From Patescibacteria group bacterium (GTDB lineage: Bacteria; Patescibacteriota; Minisyncoccia; Phycocordibacterales; Phycocordibacteraceae), in assembly GCA_040384725.1 (NCBI GenBank), contig JAZKIS010000004.1:1256-65255 (forward strand): a DNA stretch of 64,000 nt, given 5' to 3'. A program made the position numbers and the translations under genes. Positions within the stretch are counted from its first letter, which is position 1, and each line of letters begins with the position of its first letter. Positions 46,837-55,712 of this stretch are shown one piece after another. The notes beneath the pieces are model-generated. The model ran no database searches. It saw nothing but the letters and a program-made list of their open reading frames with translations, and was not told the origin of the DNA.

Positions 46837-49572
46837 ATGGAGGGACCGATACTACCCATAACCTCGCCCGAGGACGAGCTCGCGTATCTTCGCGAGCAGA
46901 TCGTGCGCAAAGAAGCCGAGCTTGCGACCTACAAGCGCGACATGCCGCGCGAGGACATCGCGCATGAGCGTATCCTGCATCACCGCATGAGCGGCCCAGA
47001 AACGCTGCTCGCGTCAGAATTCAGGATGTCTGAGCGTGACGCGGCAAAGCATGCAGACATGCTCGCGCTGAATCTCGATCCGGAACAGAACGACGAGACG
47101 ATCGCAGAGCTCCGGAATGTCATGGAGGAGAAGGGTATCCACAACGTGTTCACGATCCTCGGAAAGCTGAACAATGCGCACCTGGAAGATGATTTCCATC
47201 GCTTCCTCGTGCAGTACCTCGTTGTTGGCATGCAACCCAAAGGACTCGCGGAGAACCAGCCGGAATGGAAGGCGCTCCGGATGACCCTGTACGAGATCGC
47301 GCTCCCTGAGGCCAATACTGAAGAGTCGCGCGGCAAATCCCTCAAGGAACTCATCTCGTCCATGGAGCAGTTCTATTCCGGCTTGCTCGCGGTTGAGCAC
47401 GCGGGACGCGGCGAGCCTGCCTACATGACGCTCGAGCTCGCGGTCCCGGTGGATGCGCCGCATCTGATGTTCTACGCCTCGGTACCAAACACGCGCCGGG
47501 ACCTCTTCGAGAACCAGCTCCTTGCTATCTTCCCGAATGCGCAGGTGAGCGTACAGTCGAACGACTACAACGTGTTCGTTGAGGACGGCGAATCGCTCGC
47601 GTCCGTCGCTGAGTTCAAGGATAAGGCGATGCTCCCCTTGAAGGACTATCAGGACTTCGATTACGATCCCCTTAACTCCCTTCTGAACGCGTTCGCGAAA
47701 GTAGCGCCCGAGAACGAAGGAGCAGCCCTCCAGATCGTGTTTAAGCCGGAAGGAAGTCATTACGTCGATCACTACCGACGCATCATTCACGCGCTTCGCC
47801 AAGGAGAGCACCGTTCGCGAGCATTCAACCTGCCCGAGACGTTCGCCGGGGATCTCGCGCGCGAGGCCGCAGGGCTCTTCTTTTCGAGCAAGAAGCAGTC
47901 GCAGACCGAACCGGTCGATGAGAAAGCGGTCGAGATGGTCGAGAAGAAGATCGGCGCGCCGATCGTCTCGACCAATATCAGGCTCACGGTTTCGTCACAG
48001 GCTCACGATCGCGCCCATCAGATACTCACCGAGCTCGAATCCGCGTTCAATCAGTTCGATAACACCACCGGAAACCGTATCAACTTCCGGAGACCGAACA
48101 AGGGCTCCTTGAAGCAGCTTCTCCGGGATTTCTCGTTCCGTTTGTATCGCGCTTCGACCAATCTCCCGCTCTCGCTTCGCGAGCTCACGACCCTCTACCA
48201 TTTTCCGCCGCAGGGCATAGAGTCCTCGCCGCAGCTTAAGCAATCGCGCGCAGCGAGCGCAGCCGCACCGATCGGCCTTCCGCGAGAGGGTCTCATGCTC
48301 GGTGTGAACGAGTTCCGCGGCACGAAGACCGAGGTCCGTCTCTCTGATGCGGATCGCTTGCGCCATCTCTATGTCATCGGACAGACGGGCGCGGGTAAGT
48401 CCGGTCTCTTGCGGACCCTGATCGACCAAGACATCAAGGAAGGGAAAGGCGTCTGCTTCATCGATCCTCACGGGAACGATATCCTCGACGTGCTGGCTAC
48501 CGTCCCCCCTGAGCGCTACGAGGACGTCATCTATTTCGATCCTGCCAATATCGATCGCCCGTTCGGACTCAACATGCTCGAGTACGACCCGAAGCGCCCG
48601 GAGCAGAAGACGTTCATCGTGAATGAGATGCTCGCCATCTTCCGACAGCTGTATGGCGACGTGCCGGAGTCCATGGGCCCGATGTTCGAGCAGTACTTTA
48701 GGAACGCGACGCAGCTCGTCATGGAAGACCCGGCATCGGGCTCAACCATGATGGATATCGGCCGGGTCATGTCGAACGCTGACTTCAGGAACCTGAAGCT
48801 GGCACGGAGCAATAACCCTATCGTGAATCAGTTTTGGTCTGAGATCGCGACGAAGGCTGAAGGCGAGGCGAGCCTCCAGAGCATCGTGCCGTACATCACG
48901 AACAAGTTCGATGAGTTCACCACGAGCGATTTCATGCGGCCGATCATCGGGCAGCAGGAAAGCTCCTTCAATTTCAGGGAAGTCATCGACAATAAGAAGA
49001 TCCTCCTGGTCAATCTCTCGAAAGGACGCCTCGGAGAGCGCAATGCGAATCTCCTCGGTCTTATCATCGTGGGCAAGCTCTTCATGGCGGCGCTCTCGCG
49101 AGCGGACGATCCGCGCGGGAACTTCCCGCCGTTCTACCTCTATATCGACGAGTTCCAGAACATCACCACCTCTTCGATCCCTGGCATTCTCTCCGAAGCC
49201 CGCAAATACAAGCTTTCCCTCACTATCGCGCACCAGTACCTCGCGCAGATCGACGAGAAGATCAGGGATGCGGTCTTCGGCAACGTCGGGTCTATGGCGG
49301 TCTTCCGTGTCGGACAGGAGGACGGAGAGTTCTTCGGGAAGCTCTTCGAGCCTACCTTCAAGGCGAGCGACTTTACGAACATCGAGAACCGGAATGCCTA
49401 TGTCCGCATGCTCGCGAACGGCGTGCCCCAGAAGCCGTTCAGCATGAAGACCTTGAATCTGTCTGAAGGAACCCTCGCTCAGGTGGATGACCTTCGTGAA
49501 TTGTCGTATCTCACGTACGGCAGGGACCGTGCTACTGTTGAAGCATCTATTAGAGCGCGCTATCTTTCTTAA
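46837..49572 (+). CDS. VirD4/TraG/TraD-family (type IV coupling protein-like) P-loop ATPase with ~450-aa N-terminal extension
   Basis: Walker A GQTGAGKSG; Walker B FYLYIDEFQNI; the TIAHQYLAQI...FGNVGSMAVFRVG block is typical of T4CP. No N-terminal TM helices. Confidence 0.6.
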   Translation: MEGPILPITSPEDELAYLREQIVRKEAELATYKRDMPREDIAHERILHHRMSGPETLLASEFRMSERDAAKHADMLALNLDPEQNDETIAELRNVMEEKGIHNVFTILGKLNNAHLEDDFHRFLVQYLVVGMQPKGLAENQPEWKALRMTLYEIALPEANTEESRGKSLKELISSMEQFYSGLLAVEHAGRGEPAYMTLELAVPVDAPHLMFYASVPNTRRDLFENQLLAIFPNAQVSVQSNDYNVFVEDGESLASVAEFKDKAMLPLKDYQDFDYDPLNSLLNAFAKVAPENEGAALQIVFKPEGSHYVDHYRRIIHALRQGEHRSRAFNLPETFAGDLAREAAGLFFSSKKQSQTEPVDEKAVEMVEKKIGAPIVSTNIRLTVSSQAHDRAHQILTELESAFNQFDNTTGNRINFRRPNKGSLKQLLRDFSFRLYRASTNLPLSLRELTTLYHFPPQGIESSPQLKQSRAASAAAPIGLPREGLMLGVNEFRGTKTEVRLSDADRLRHLYVIGQTGAGKSGLLRTLIDQDIKEGKGVCFIDPHGNDILDVLATVPPERYEDVIYFDPANIDRPFGLNMLEYDPKRPEQKTFIVNEMLAIFRQLYGDVPESMGPMFEQYFRNATQLVMEDPASGSTMMDIGRVMSNADFRNLKLARSNNPIVNQFWSEIATKAEGEASLQSIVPYITNKFDEFTTSDFMRPIIGQQESSFNFREVIDNKKILLVNLSKGRLGERNANLLGLIIVGKLFMAALSRADDPRGNFPPFYLYIDEFQNITTSSIPGILSEARKYKLSLTIAHQYLAQIDEKIRDAVFGNVGSMAVFRVGQEDGEFFGKLFEPTFKASDFTNIENRNAYVRMLANGVPQKPFSMKTLNLSEGTLAQVDDLRELSYLTYGRDRATVEASIRARYLS

Positions 49573-49582
49573 TACACAGCGT

Positions 49583-52120
49583 ATGGCAAAAAAACCACTC
49601 GAAGGACCGCCGTATACCGAAGACTCCGATGAGCAGGAAGTAGAGCGTGGCGGGCAGTATGCCGCGATACTGGCTCGCGCCGATCGCCATCTTGAGGATC
49701 CTGCAGACAGTACACCGATGGAACGCACCGAACTTGAAGACGGTGCCTCGGTGCGGGTGGCACCAGGAGCTAAGAAGCCCTCGGAGAAAGATCGTCGAAA
49801 GAAACGTACGCACGGTGCAAAAGCAGCTGCTCCGAAAGAAGAGCCGCGCTATGGCGTACCTGCCGTAACAGATGGGATAACGGAAACGAGGAAGGAACGG
49901 CATGATGCGCTGCGAGAGGCGCTCGCGAAAAGCCAAGAGCAGGATGATGCCGCGCCACAGACCGTAATCCCAATGCCAGATCAGAGCGCAGAGGAGCATC
50001 TGCGTGACGTGAGGAGCCGCCTTGATGCGAGGAAATCCCCTGGAGAGGAGATTCGCGTGCAGATTGAGGCGGTCGAGAAGCTCAAGTATGAGAAGCTTCA
50101 GGAATTTCATAAGAACCGGTCCGCACTTGGCCGTATGGCAGAGCAGTACACCGGTGAGATGCTGCCAAAGGAGATAAAGATGCTCATGACGACCTCGGAA
50201 GAATTGCGCGGCGCTTACCTCAAGGCAACCATCGGCTCGGTTGAGGAGCGCAGGGCTGCGCGCGGGCGAGACGAGAACAAGAATGAGGCCGTACGAGAGC
50301 GGTATCAGCGCCGCTACGAGTTCGAACGCCGCATGATCATCGAACCAGAGGAAAAGGCGATCCAGGCGCGCATGGAAGGTCTCGGCTCTCGAGAAAAGAA
50401 GGCGCTCGATACCCTCTATGAAAAATATAAAGAATTGCCGGCACCGGCTCGCATCGTGGCCATGTCCGGGCTCATGCTCGCAGGAGGCGCTGCGATCGGC
50501 GCGGGCCTCGGTACGGGTATCGGGCTAACGGCGCTCGCCATCGGCGGCATGTCTGCTGCAGCGCGTATTACCTCCTTGTACCAGAAGAATAAGATCGTAA
50601 AGTCAGGGCTCCAGCATGCGGCCGTTGTCACGGGCCTCGGAGGCCTTCTCGGATTAGCGTTTGAGCACGCGGTGCGAATGGGGCACAAGATGAGCGGCAC
50701 CGAACGGAAAGCCCAGGAGACGCTTGCGCGAGGCGTTAAGACCGATGGCGACAAGACACTCAACCTCGGCAATCTTAATATCTTTAGCAAGCTCCTTGCG
50801 GACCGGAAGAAAGCTAAGGCGGCAAAGGAAAGGATCGACCTTCAGGCACGATGGGCCCGATCCGTGGGATCGGTCGGCGTGGGTCTTGCGGCCGGGTTCG
50901 GTATGTCCGAAGTGTTCAACGGAAATGACGTAGAACAGACTTCAGGAAACGGAGATGTCGCGCCAGAGAATATAGGCGCTGGACCTAACACCGCTGAAAG
51001 CGCTGCGCCTGCGCATGATGCACCCCCATCTGCTGCTCCAGCAGCACCCGCTGAAGCTCCGAACGAGGCGCCTATAGAAGTAAAAGCTGAGCCGATCGTT
51101 GCCACTATCGACGCGGGCGAGGGCTTCAACAAGCTCTTCCTTGATCTTCGCGATTCAGTGGATACGAAGCTTCACGGCATGCAGGACGTATCTTCCTCGT
51201 CGCCGGTTATGGAGTACCTATCCAAGACTTCGCCAACCGAGCTTTCAGAACGAATCGGTGCATTCGATCCTGAAACAGGCGAGAGCATGATTATGCAGCC
51301 CGGAGACAAACTCTTCTTGGACGATAAGGGAGATCTCTGGTTCCAGAAGGAAGGAGGCGAAGCGAAGCTCCTCATGGAGAATGATGCCGCAGCACCCGGC
51401 GGGTTCAAGGTGCACGATCTCGCGGACATTAAGGTTCCTGAAGCTTCAATACCAGTCTCTACTCAGAGCCCAGAAGCAAGAGTAGAATCAAGTCCAGCAG
51501 TTGCAGCTACTGAAGCTCCTCTGGAATCTGTAGCAACTACAGAAACCCCATATGTCTCTGAAGGCAGTGCATCGGTAGAGCATGCTCCCGGTCCGATCGC
51601 TAGTGAACCAGTTATAGATCGTGTTCCCGAATCTAGCTCTCAAGATGCTGAAGGCTTAATTCCAAGAGCGAGCCTCGGCAGCATGCCTGTGAACGTGGAT
51701 GCTCAGGCTCCAGTAGGCACCCTTAAGACCCAAAGCTTGGAATCCTGGACAGAGGATGCCATCGAAGCCGAAACTCACTCATTCTCGAATATCTATGATG
51801 TTGAGATAAATCCTTCAGAGCCGGCGGGATACGAATGGAAGGTTCCGGGCTCGAATCTAACCTACACAGTTGCGTTTGGAGAAAATGCTGCTGCAACCGA
51901 GCGGTGGGCGCTTCGCGAGCTTGAGCTGCGTCCTGAAGCAAGCGTGTTGATAAATTACACCGATACCAACCCAACGACAGGCGCCATTGAAACGAATGTT
52001 GGAGCCTGGGTGACAGGTGAAGACGGGAAGCCAGAATTCGTGCGAGAGCTAGTGAATCCGCAGAATGGTCTTAGGCTCGGTGCGGCAAATCCACAAGACT
52101 TTATCCGCAAGCTTCCTTAA
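49583..52120 (+). CDS. large membrane protein with coiled-coil N-terminus and Ala/Pro/Glu-rich low-complexity region
   Basis: 845 aa with a Gly/Ala-rich TM hairpin (IVAMSGLMLAGGAAIGAGLGTGIGLTALAIGGMSAAARI), a further TM helix, and an APAHDAPPSAAPAAPAEAPNEAP tract. Confidence 0.55.
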   Translation: MAKKPLEGPPYTEDSDEQEVERGGQYAAILARADRHLEDPADSTPMERTELEDGASVRVAPGAKKPSEKDRRKKRTHGAKAAAPKEEPRYGVPAVTDGITETRKERHDALREALAKSQEQDDAAPQTVIPMPDQSAEEHLRDVRSRLDARKSPGEEIRVQIEAVEKLKYEKLQEFHKNRSALGRMAEQYTGEMLPKEIKMLMTTSEELRGAYLKATIGSVEERRAARGRDENKNEAVRERYQRRYEFERRMIIEPEEKAIQARMEGLGSREKKALDTLYEKYKELPAPARIVAMSGLMLAGGAAIGAGLGTGIGLTALAIGGMSAAARITSLYQKNKIVKSGLQHAAVVTGLGGLLGLAFEHAVRMGHKMSGTERKAQETLARGVKTDGDKTLNLGNLNIFSKLLADRKKAKAAKERIDLQARWARSVGSVGVGLAAGFGMSEVFNGNDVEQTSGNGDVAPENIGAGPNTAESAAPAHDAPPSAAPAAPAEAPNEAPIEVKAEPIVATIDAGEGFNKLFLDLRDSVDTKLHGMQDVSSSSPVMEYLSKTSPTELSERIGAFDPETGESMIMQPGDKLFLDDKGDLWFQKEGGEAKLLMENDAAAPGGFKVHDLADIKVPEASIPVSTQSPEARVESSPAVAATEAPLESVATTETPYVSEGSASVEHAPGPIASEPVIDRVPESSSQDAEGLIPRASLGSMPVNVDAQAPVGTLKTQSLESWTEDAIEAETHSFSNIYDVEINPSEPAGYEWKVPGSNLTYTVAFGENAAATERWALRELELRPEASVLINYTDTNPTTGAIETNVGAWVTGEDGKPEFVRELVNPQNGLRLGAANPQDFIRKLP

Positions 52121-52131
52121 GAGTACCCTGT

Positions 52132-52434
52132 ATGAATGATACAAATTTTAGTCGAGTGCTGAATGCGCTTCAAATCGGCGAACTTTCTCCCCAAGAGCAG
52201 GAGGCTCTACTGCTCGACCTAAATTCTCTAATCTTTCGCGGAACGATGGTACGTCTGATTGAGCGCATGGATGAGAAAACGAAAGACGATTTCATCCAGC
52301 TTGTTGAGAGTGCCGCGGACGAGAGTGCCTTAGAGGCTTTCCTCAAAGAGCGTATACCAGATACGGATGCTTCGGTTGCTGAAACAGTGCAGGAAATCAG
52401 TGATGATATACTTGCGGTTACCGGCACTAAATAA
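52132..52434 (+). CDS. small acidic hypothetical protein
   Basis: 100 aa ORF immediately after the large protein. Confidence 0.45.
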   Translation: MNDTNFSRVLNALQIGELSPQEQEALLLDLNSLIFRGTMVRLIERMDEKTKDDFIQLVESAADESALEAFLKERIPDTDASVAETVQEISDDILAVTGTK

Positions 52435-52443
52435 AGAATAGCT

Positions 52444-52962
52444 ATGAATGTCACTGGAACTGGAATCGCTGTAGCGCTCGCTGTCGTAGTGGCGCTTGGC
52501 TTCCTTGCTCTTGGAACTCCGATGCTCACCTCCCTTGGAGGACCTGCTATGGACCAGTCTATGGCCGTCGGAACTACTACAAATCAAACTGCTTCAACAA
52601 CATCTATGGATCTCTCTCTGGCTCCTGGCGAGCCGCTTCCAACCGAACTCATGATTAACGACATTGTTGTCGGCACGGGCGCGGAAGCGACCCCTGGCTC
52701 AACCGTTACGGTTAACTACACCGGTGCGCTTCCGGACGGAACCGTCTTCGACAGTTCCGTCGGACGCGGCCCCTTCACTTTCGGTCTCGGCGCCGGACAG
52801 GTTATCCGCGGATGGGATGAAGGAGTGGCTGGTATGAAGGTTGGTGGCAAGCGCCGTCTCGTTATCCCGGCTGATAAGGCGTATGGGAATCAGGCAGTAG
52901 GCGGCATCATTCCGGCGAATGCAACGCTTCTGTTTGAGGTAGAACTCTTGGGTGTTCAATAA
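52444..52962 (+). CDS. FKBP-type peptidyl-prolyl cis-trans isomerase, membrane-anchored/secreted
   Basis: [21 protein letters not shown]...[20 protein letters not shown] is the FKBP domain; N-terminal TM helix. Confidence 0.85.
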   Translation: MNVTGTGIAVALAVVVALGFLALGTPMLTSLGGPAMDQSMAVGTTTNQTASTTSMDLSLAPGEPLPTELMINDIVVGTGAEATPGSTVTVNYTGALPDGTVFDSSVGRGPFTFGLGAGQVIRGWDEGVAGMKVGGKRRLVIPADKAYGNQAVGGIIPANATLLFEVELLGVQ

Positions 52963-52981
52963 ACTTTCGTTCTAAGTATAG

Positions 52982-53015
52982 AAAAACGCCCGGAACCTGG
53001 TTCCGGGCGTTTTCC
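52982..53015. terminator. bidirectional terminator between convergent genes
   Basis: gaaaaa cgcccggaacc t ggttccgggcg ttttc. Confidence 0.75.
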
Positions 53016-53034
53016 ATCTAGGTAGTAGAGATCG

Positions 53035-53838
53035 CTATCGGCGAGTGATGCCGTTCCGGATGGGATCGGTGATCGTCTCGTCGAGCGAGAGGCTCGGGAT
53101 GCTCGCCGGGTTGGCGAGCGCCGGGTACAGGCCCGCGCAGGTCGGGAAGGTCCGCTCGAGGAAGATGCGTTCGCTTCGTCCCCACAGCAGGTTCGCCCGG
53201 ATCGAGAGGCGGTTGAAGAGCACCGAAAGCATGTTCGCTTCGCGGCTCAGCTCCTGGGCGTATTGGTCGCCCCGGCGCCGCACCTCGTTCGAGCCTGCGC
53301 CCGTGACGATCATGATGCCATGCTCGAGCATCTGTTCCGGATTCCGGATGGCTTGCACCAGGCCGAGAAGGGCCTGGAGAAAGTTCGCGGCGCCGCCGAC
53401 GCGTCCCGACCGGCGGATGTGCTCGGACAGGTTGATATCGTAGCGCTGGAACAGGCTCAGGTACATGGGATCGAGTTGGACGATCAGGCCCATGATCTGG
53501 ACCAGCTCGTTGATGTCTTCACCCACGATGGTGCAGCCGTCCTCGGACGCGTCGGCGTATTCCTGGTAGAGCGCGATGCTCTCCGGGGTGTCGCCGTACG
53601 CAGCCTTCCAGTCGTCGAGCGAGGTCGTGCGAAGCACGCCCCGAACGTTGTAGGCCTGCAGCGGAAGCGGCTGGCCGACGCCGGGCAGAGGGCTCGACAT
53701 GTCGACGAGGATCTGCGGCGGCGGTGTCCGGGCTTGACGATCAGAGGATGAGCTCGGAACGACTTGGGCGACGGCGGAACCGGCGCCCATGAGGAGCGCG
53801 ATGGAGGCCACCGCACCCAGGATGTTGGTCTTGGTCAT
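53035..53838 (-). CDS. secreted hypothetical protein
   Basis: Signal peptide (ILGAVASIALLMGAGSAVA); 267 aa; no domain call. Confidence 0.5.
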   Translation of the reverse strand: MTKTNILGAVASIALLMGAGSAVAQVVPSSSSDRQARTPPPQILVDMSSPLPGVGQPLPLQAYNVRGVLRTTSLDDWKAAYGDTPESIALYQEYADASEDGCTIVGEDINELVQIMGLIVQLDPMYLSLFQRYDINLSEHIRRSGRVGGAANFLQALLGLVQAIRNPEQMLEHGIMIVTGAGSNEVRRRGDQYAQELSREANMLSVLFNRLSIRANLLWGRSERIFLERTFPTCAGLYPALANPASIPSLSLDETITDPIRNGITRR

Positions 53839-53995
53839 GGTGATGACCTCCTTGTTGTGAGTTCTTTCTACCTAAATGGATTGTAAAGAACTCGGTTTGA
53901 ACTGGGAACATTATAGAGGTCTCTTGACACCTTGTCAAGCACCTCCAGGCACGTACTTGCTTGCCTAAACGACGAATGACTCGTACGGTACTTAG

Positions 53996-55210
53996 ATGAG
54001 ACCAATTTCTTTCTCCACGGTAGCGAAGGAAGGGAATGCCCGAGCCGGCACCCTTTCAACGCCGCATGGCGATATCCAGACGCCTGCATTCATACCTGTC
54101 GGTACAAAAGCTGGGGTCAAAGGAGTGCTCCCTGATCAGCTGAAGGTGCTCGGCGCCCAGGCTGTCCTTGCGAACACGTACCATCTTTACCTGCAGCCGG
54201 GTGAAGGGGTTGTGAAGGGCGCAGGAGGACTCGGGACGTTCATGGGGTACGACGGACCTACGATGACCGATTCGGGAGGGTTCCAGGTGTTCTCCTTAGG
54301 TGCTGCATTTGGCCGCACCATAACGAAGATCGCGAAAGGCGAAGAGAACGAACGCGATCAAGGTGTCGCGGTGTTCGATGAGGACGTGCAGACCCAGCAC
54401 GGACAGCTCGCCGTCATCGACGAGGAGGGTGTCACCTTCACCTCACATCATGACGGCTCTCTTCATCGCTTTACACCCGAGCGCTCCATAGAGATCCAGC
54501 ATGCGCTCGGCGCAGATATGTTCTTCGCGTTCGATGAGTGCACGTCGCCAACCGAGCCATATGAGTATCAGAGGGAAGCGATGCAAAGGACTCATAAATG
54601 GGCAGAGCGGTCCTTGAAAGCGCATCGCCAGAATATTGAAGCGAATAGGACACAAGGAATCTTCGGCATCATCCAGGGAGGCAGGTTCGAAGATTTGCGC
54701 GAAGAGAGCGCCAAGGAGATCGCGTCCATGGACTTCGACGGTTTCGGAATCGGCGGCTCATTCAGCAAGGAGGACATGATGGGTGCGCTCCAGGCTGCCG
54801 TGAAGCATCTACCGGAGGATAAGCCACGACACTTCCTCGGGATAGGCGAACCGGGAGATCTCCTCTTAGGTATTCAGGAAGGTATGGACACCTTTGATTG
54901 TGTGGCAGCAACGAGACTCGGGCGTCACGGCACTATCTATACAAAGCGAGGCCCGATCCATATGAAGAAGGAACAATACCTCTCTGAGTACGGACCGCTT
55001 GATCCAGAGACGAGCGTTCCAGGGACAGAGACCTTCTCTCGTGCGTATCTCTCCCATCTGATCCGCGCGAACGAGATATCCGGGCAGGTTATCGCGTCTA
55101 TGCATAATCTCGGGTTCATTTTGCAGCTCGTTGATGGGGTGCGTGAAGCGATTCTTGAAGGGAAGTTTGAAACGTATAAGGATGCTTTTCTTAGGGAATA
55201 CTATACGTAA
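53996..55210 (+). CDS. tgt: queuine tRNA-ribosyltransferase
   Basis: TPHGDIQTPAFIPVGT, ANTYHLYLQPG and the C-terminal Zn site are the Tgt signature. Confidence 0.9.
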   Translation: MRPISFSTVAKEGNARAGTLSTPHGDIQTPAFIPVGTKAGVKGVLPDQLKVLGAQAVLANTYHLYLQPGEGVVKGAGGLGTFMGYDGPTMTDSGGFQVFSLGAAFGRTITKIAKGEENERDQGVAVFDEDVQTQHGQLAVIDEEGVTFTSHHDGSLHRFTPERSIEIQHALGADMFFAFDECTSPTEPYEYQREAMQRTHKWAERSLKAHRQNIEANRTQGIFGIIQGGRFEDLREESAKEIASMDFDGFGIGGSFSKEDMMGALQAAVKHLPEDKPRHFLGIGEPGDLLLGIQEGMDTFDCVAATRLGRHGTIYTKRGPIHMKKEQYLSEYGPLDPETSVPGTETFSRAYLSHLIRANEISGQVIASMHNLGFILQLVDGVREAILEGKFETYKDAFLREYYT

Positions 55211-55215
55211 TGCTA

Positions 55216-55244
55216 TTGACAAACACAGTGTTATAGTGTATTCT
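55216..55244 (+). promoter_or_regulatory. sigma70-type promoter (TTGACA-17-TATTCT)
   Basis: TTGACA at 55216, 17-nt spacer, TATTCT at 55239; the downstream gene at 55304 has an AGGAGG Shine-Dalgarno. Confidence 0.5.
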
Positions 55245-55303
55245 ATTTAAGAACCTGTACCTGGCTAATTTAGCCGAACAACTGCCCAGGAGGGGCTTTA
55301 TAG

Positions 55304-55615
55304 ATGAAAAAAACGCTTTTGATCGCTACTGTGCTCGCCTTGGGAGTGTCCGCATGCGCGAACCGTGAGACCATCCCGACGAAAACGGATGCGGAGATGG
55401 AGGTCGAAGACTTCAACGCATTCTACGAACGCTCGATGCGCCACACGATGACACACCTCATCATCCTTCGTGACTCGCACACGGGTGAGGAAAGGGCTCG
55501 AGTGGAGAGAACGATCTCCAGAACGTGTGTGCGATACGTCGAACTCGGCATGATGGAGTCGGTCAACGACCCCACCGATATCTTCGTGAAGAACTGCCCG
55601 ACATCTGCCGGCTAG
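55304..55615 (+). CDS. small lipoprotein
   Basis: MKKTLLIATVLALGVSAC lipobox; 103 aa. Confidence 0.6.
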   Translation: MKKTLLIATVLALGVSACANRETIPTKTDAEMEVEDFNAFYERSMRHTMTHLIILRDSHTGEERARVERTISRTCVRYVELGMMESVNDPTDIFVKNCPTSAG

Positions 55616-55712
55616 CCACCGCAGCGACTACCAAAAGCAAGGCCGCCCCAGCGTACAGTTCGGGGCGGCTCTTCTTTTATATTTCATACACGAAGCGTAC
55701 ACTGGCTCTACT

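Noticed and set aside
49511-49523. Third occurrence of the TACGGCAG core of the GGATACTGCCGTA motif.
   Set aside because: It lies inside the coding sequence of the T4CP-like gene with no flanking similarity, so it is probably chance.
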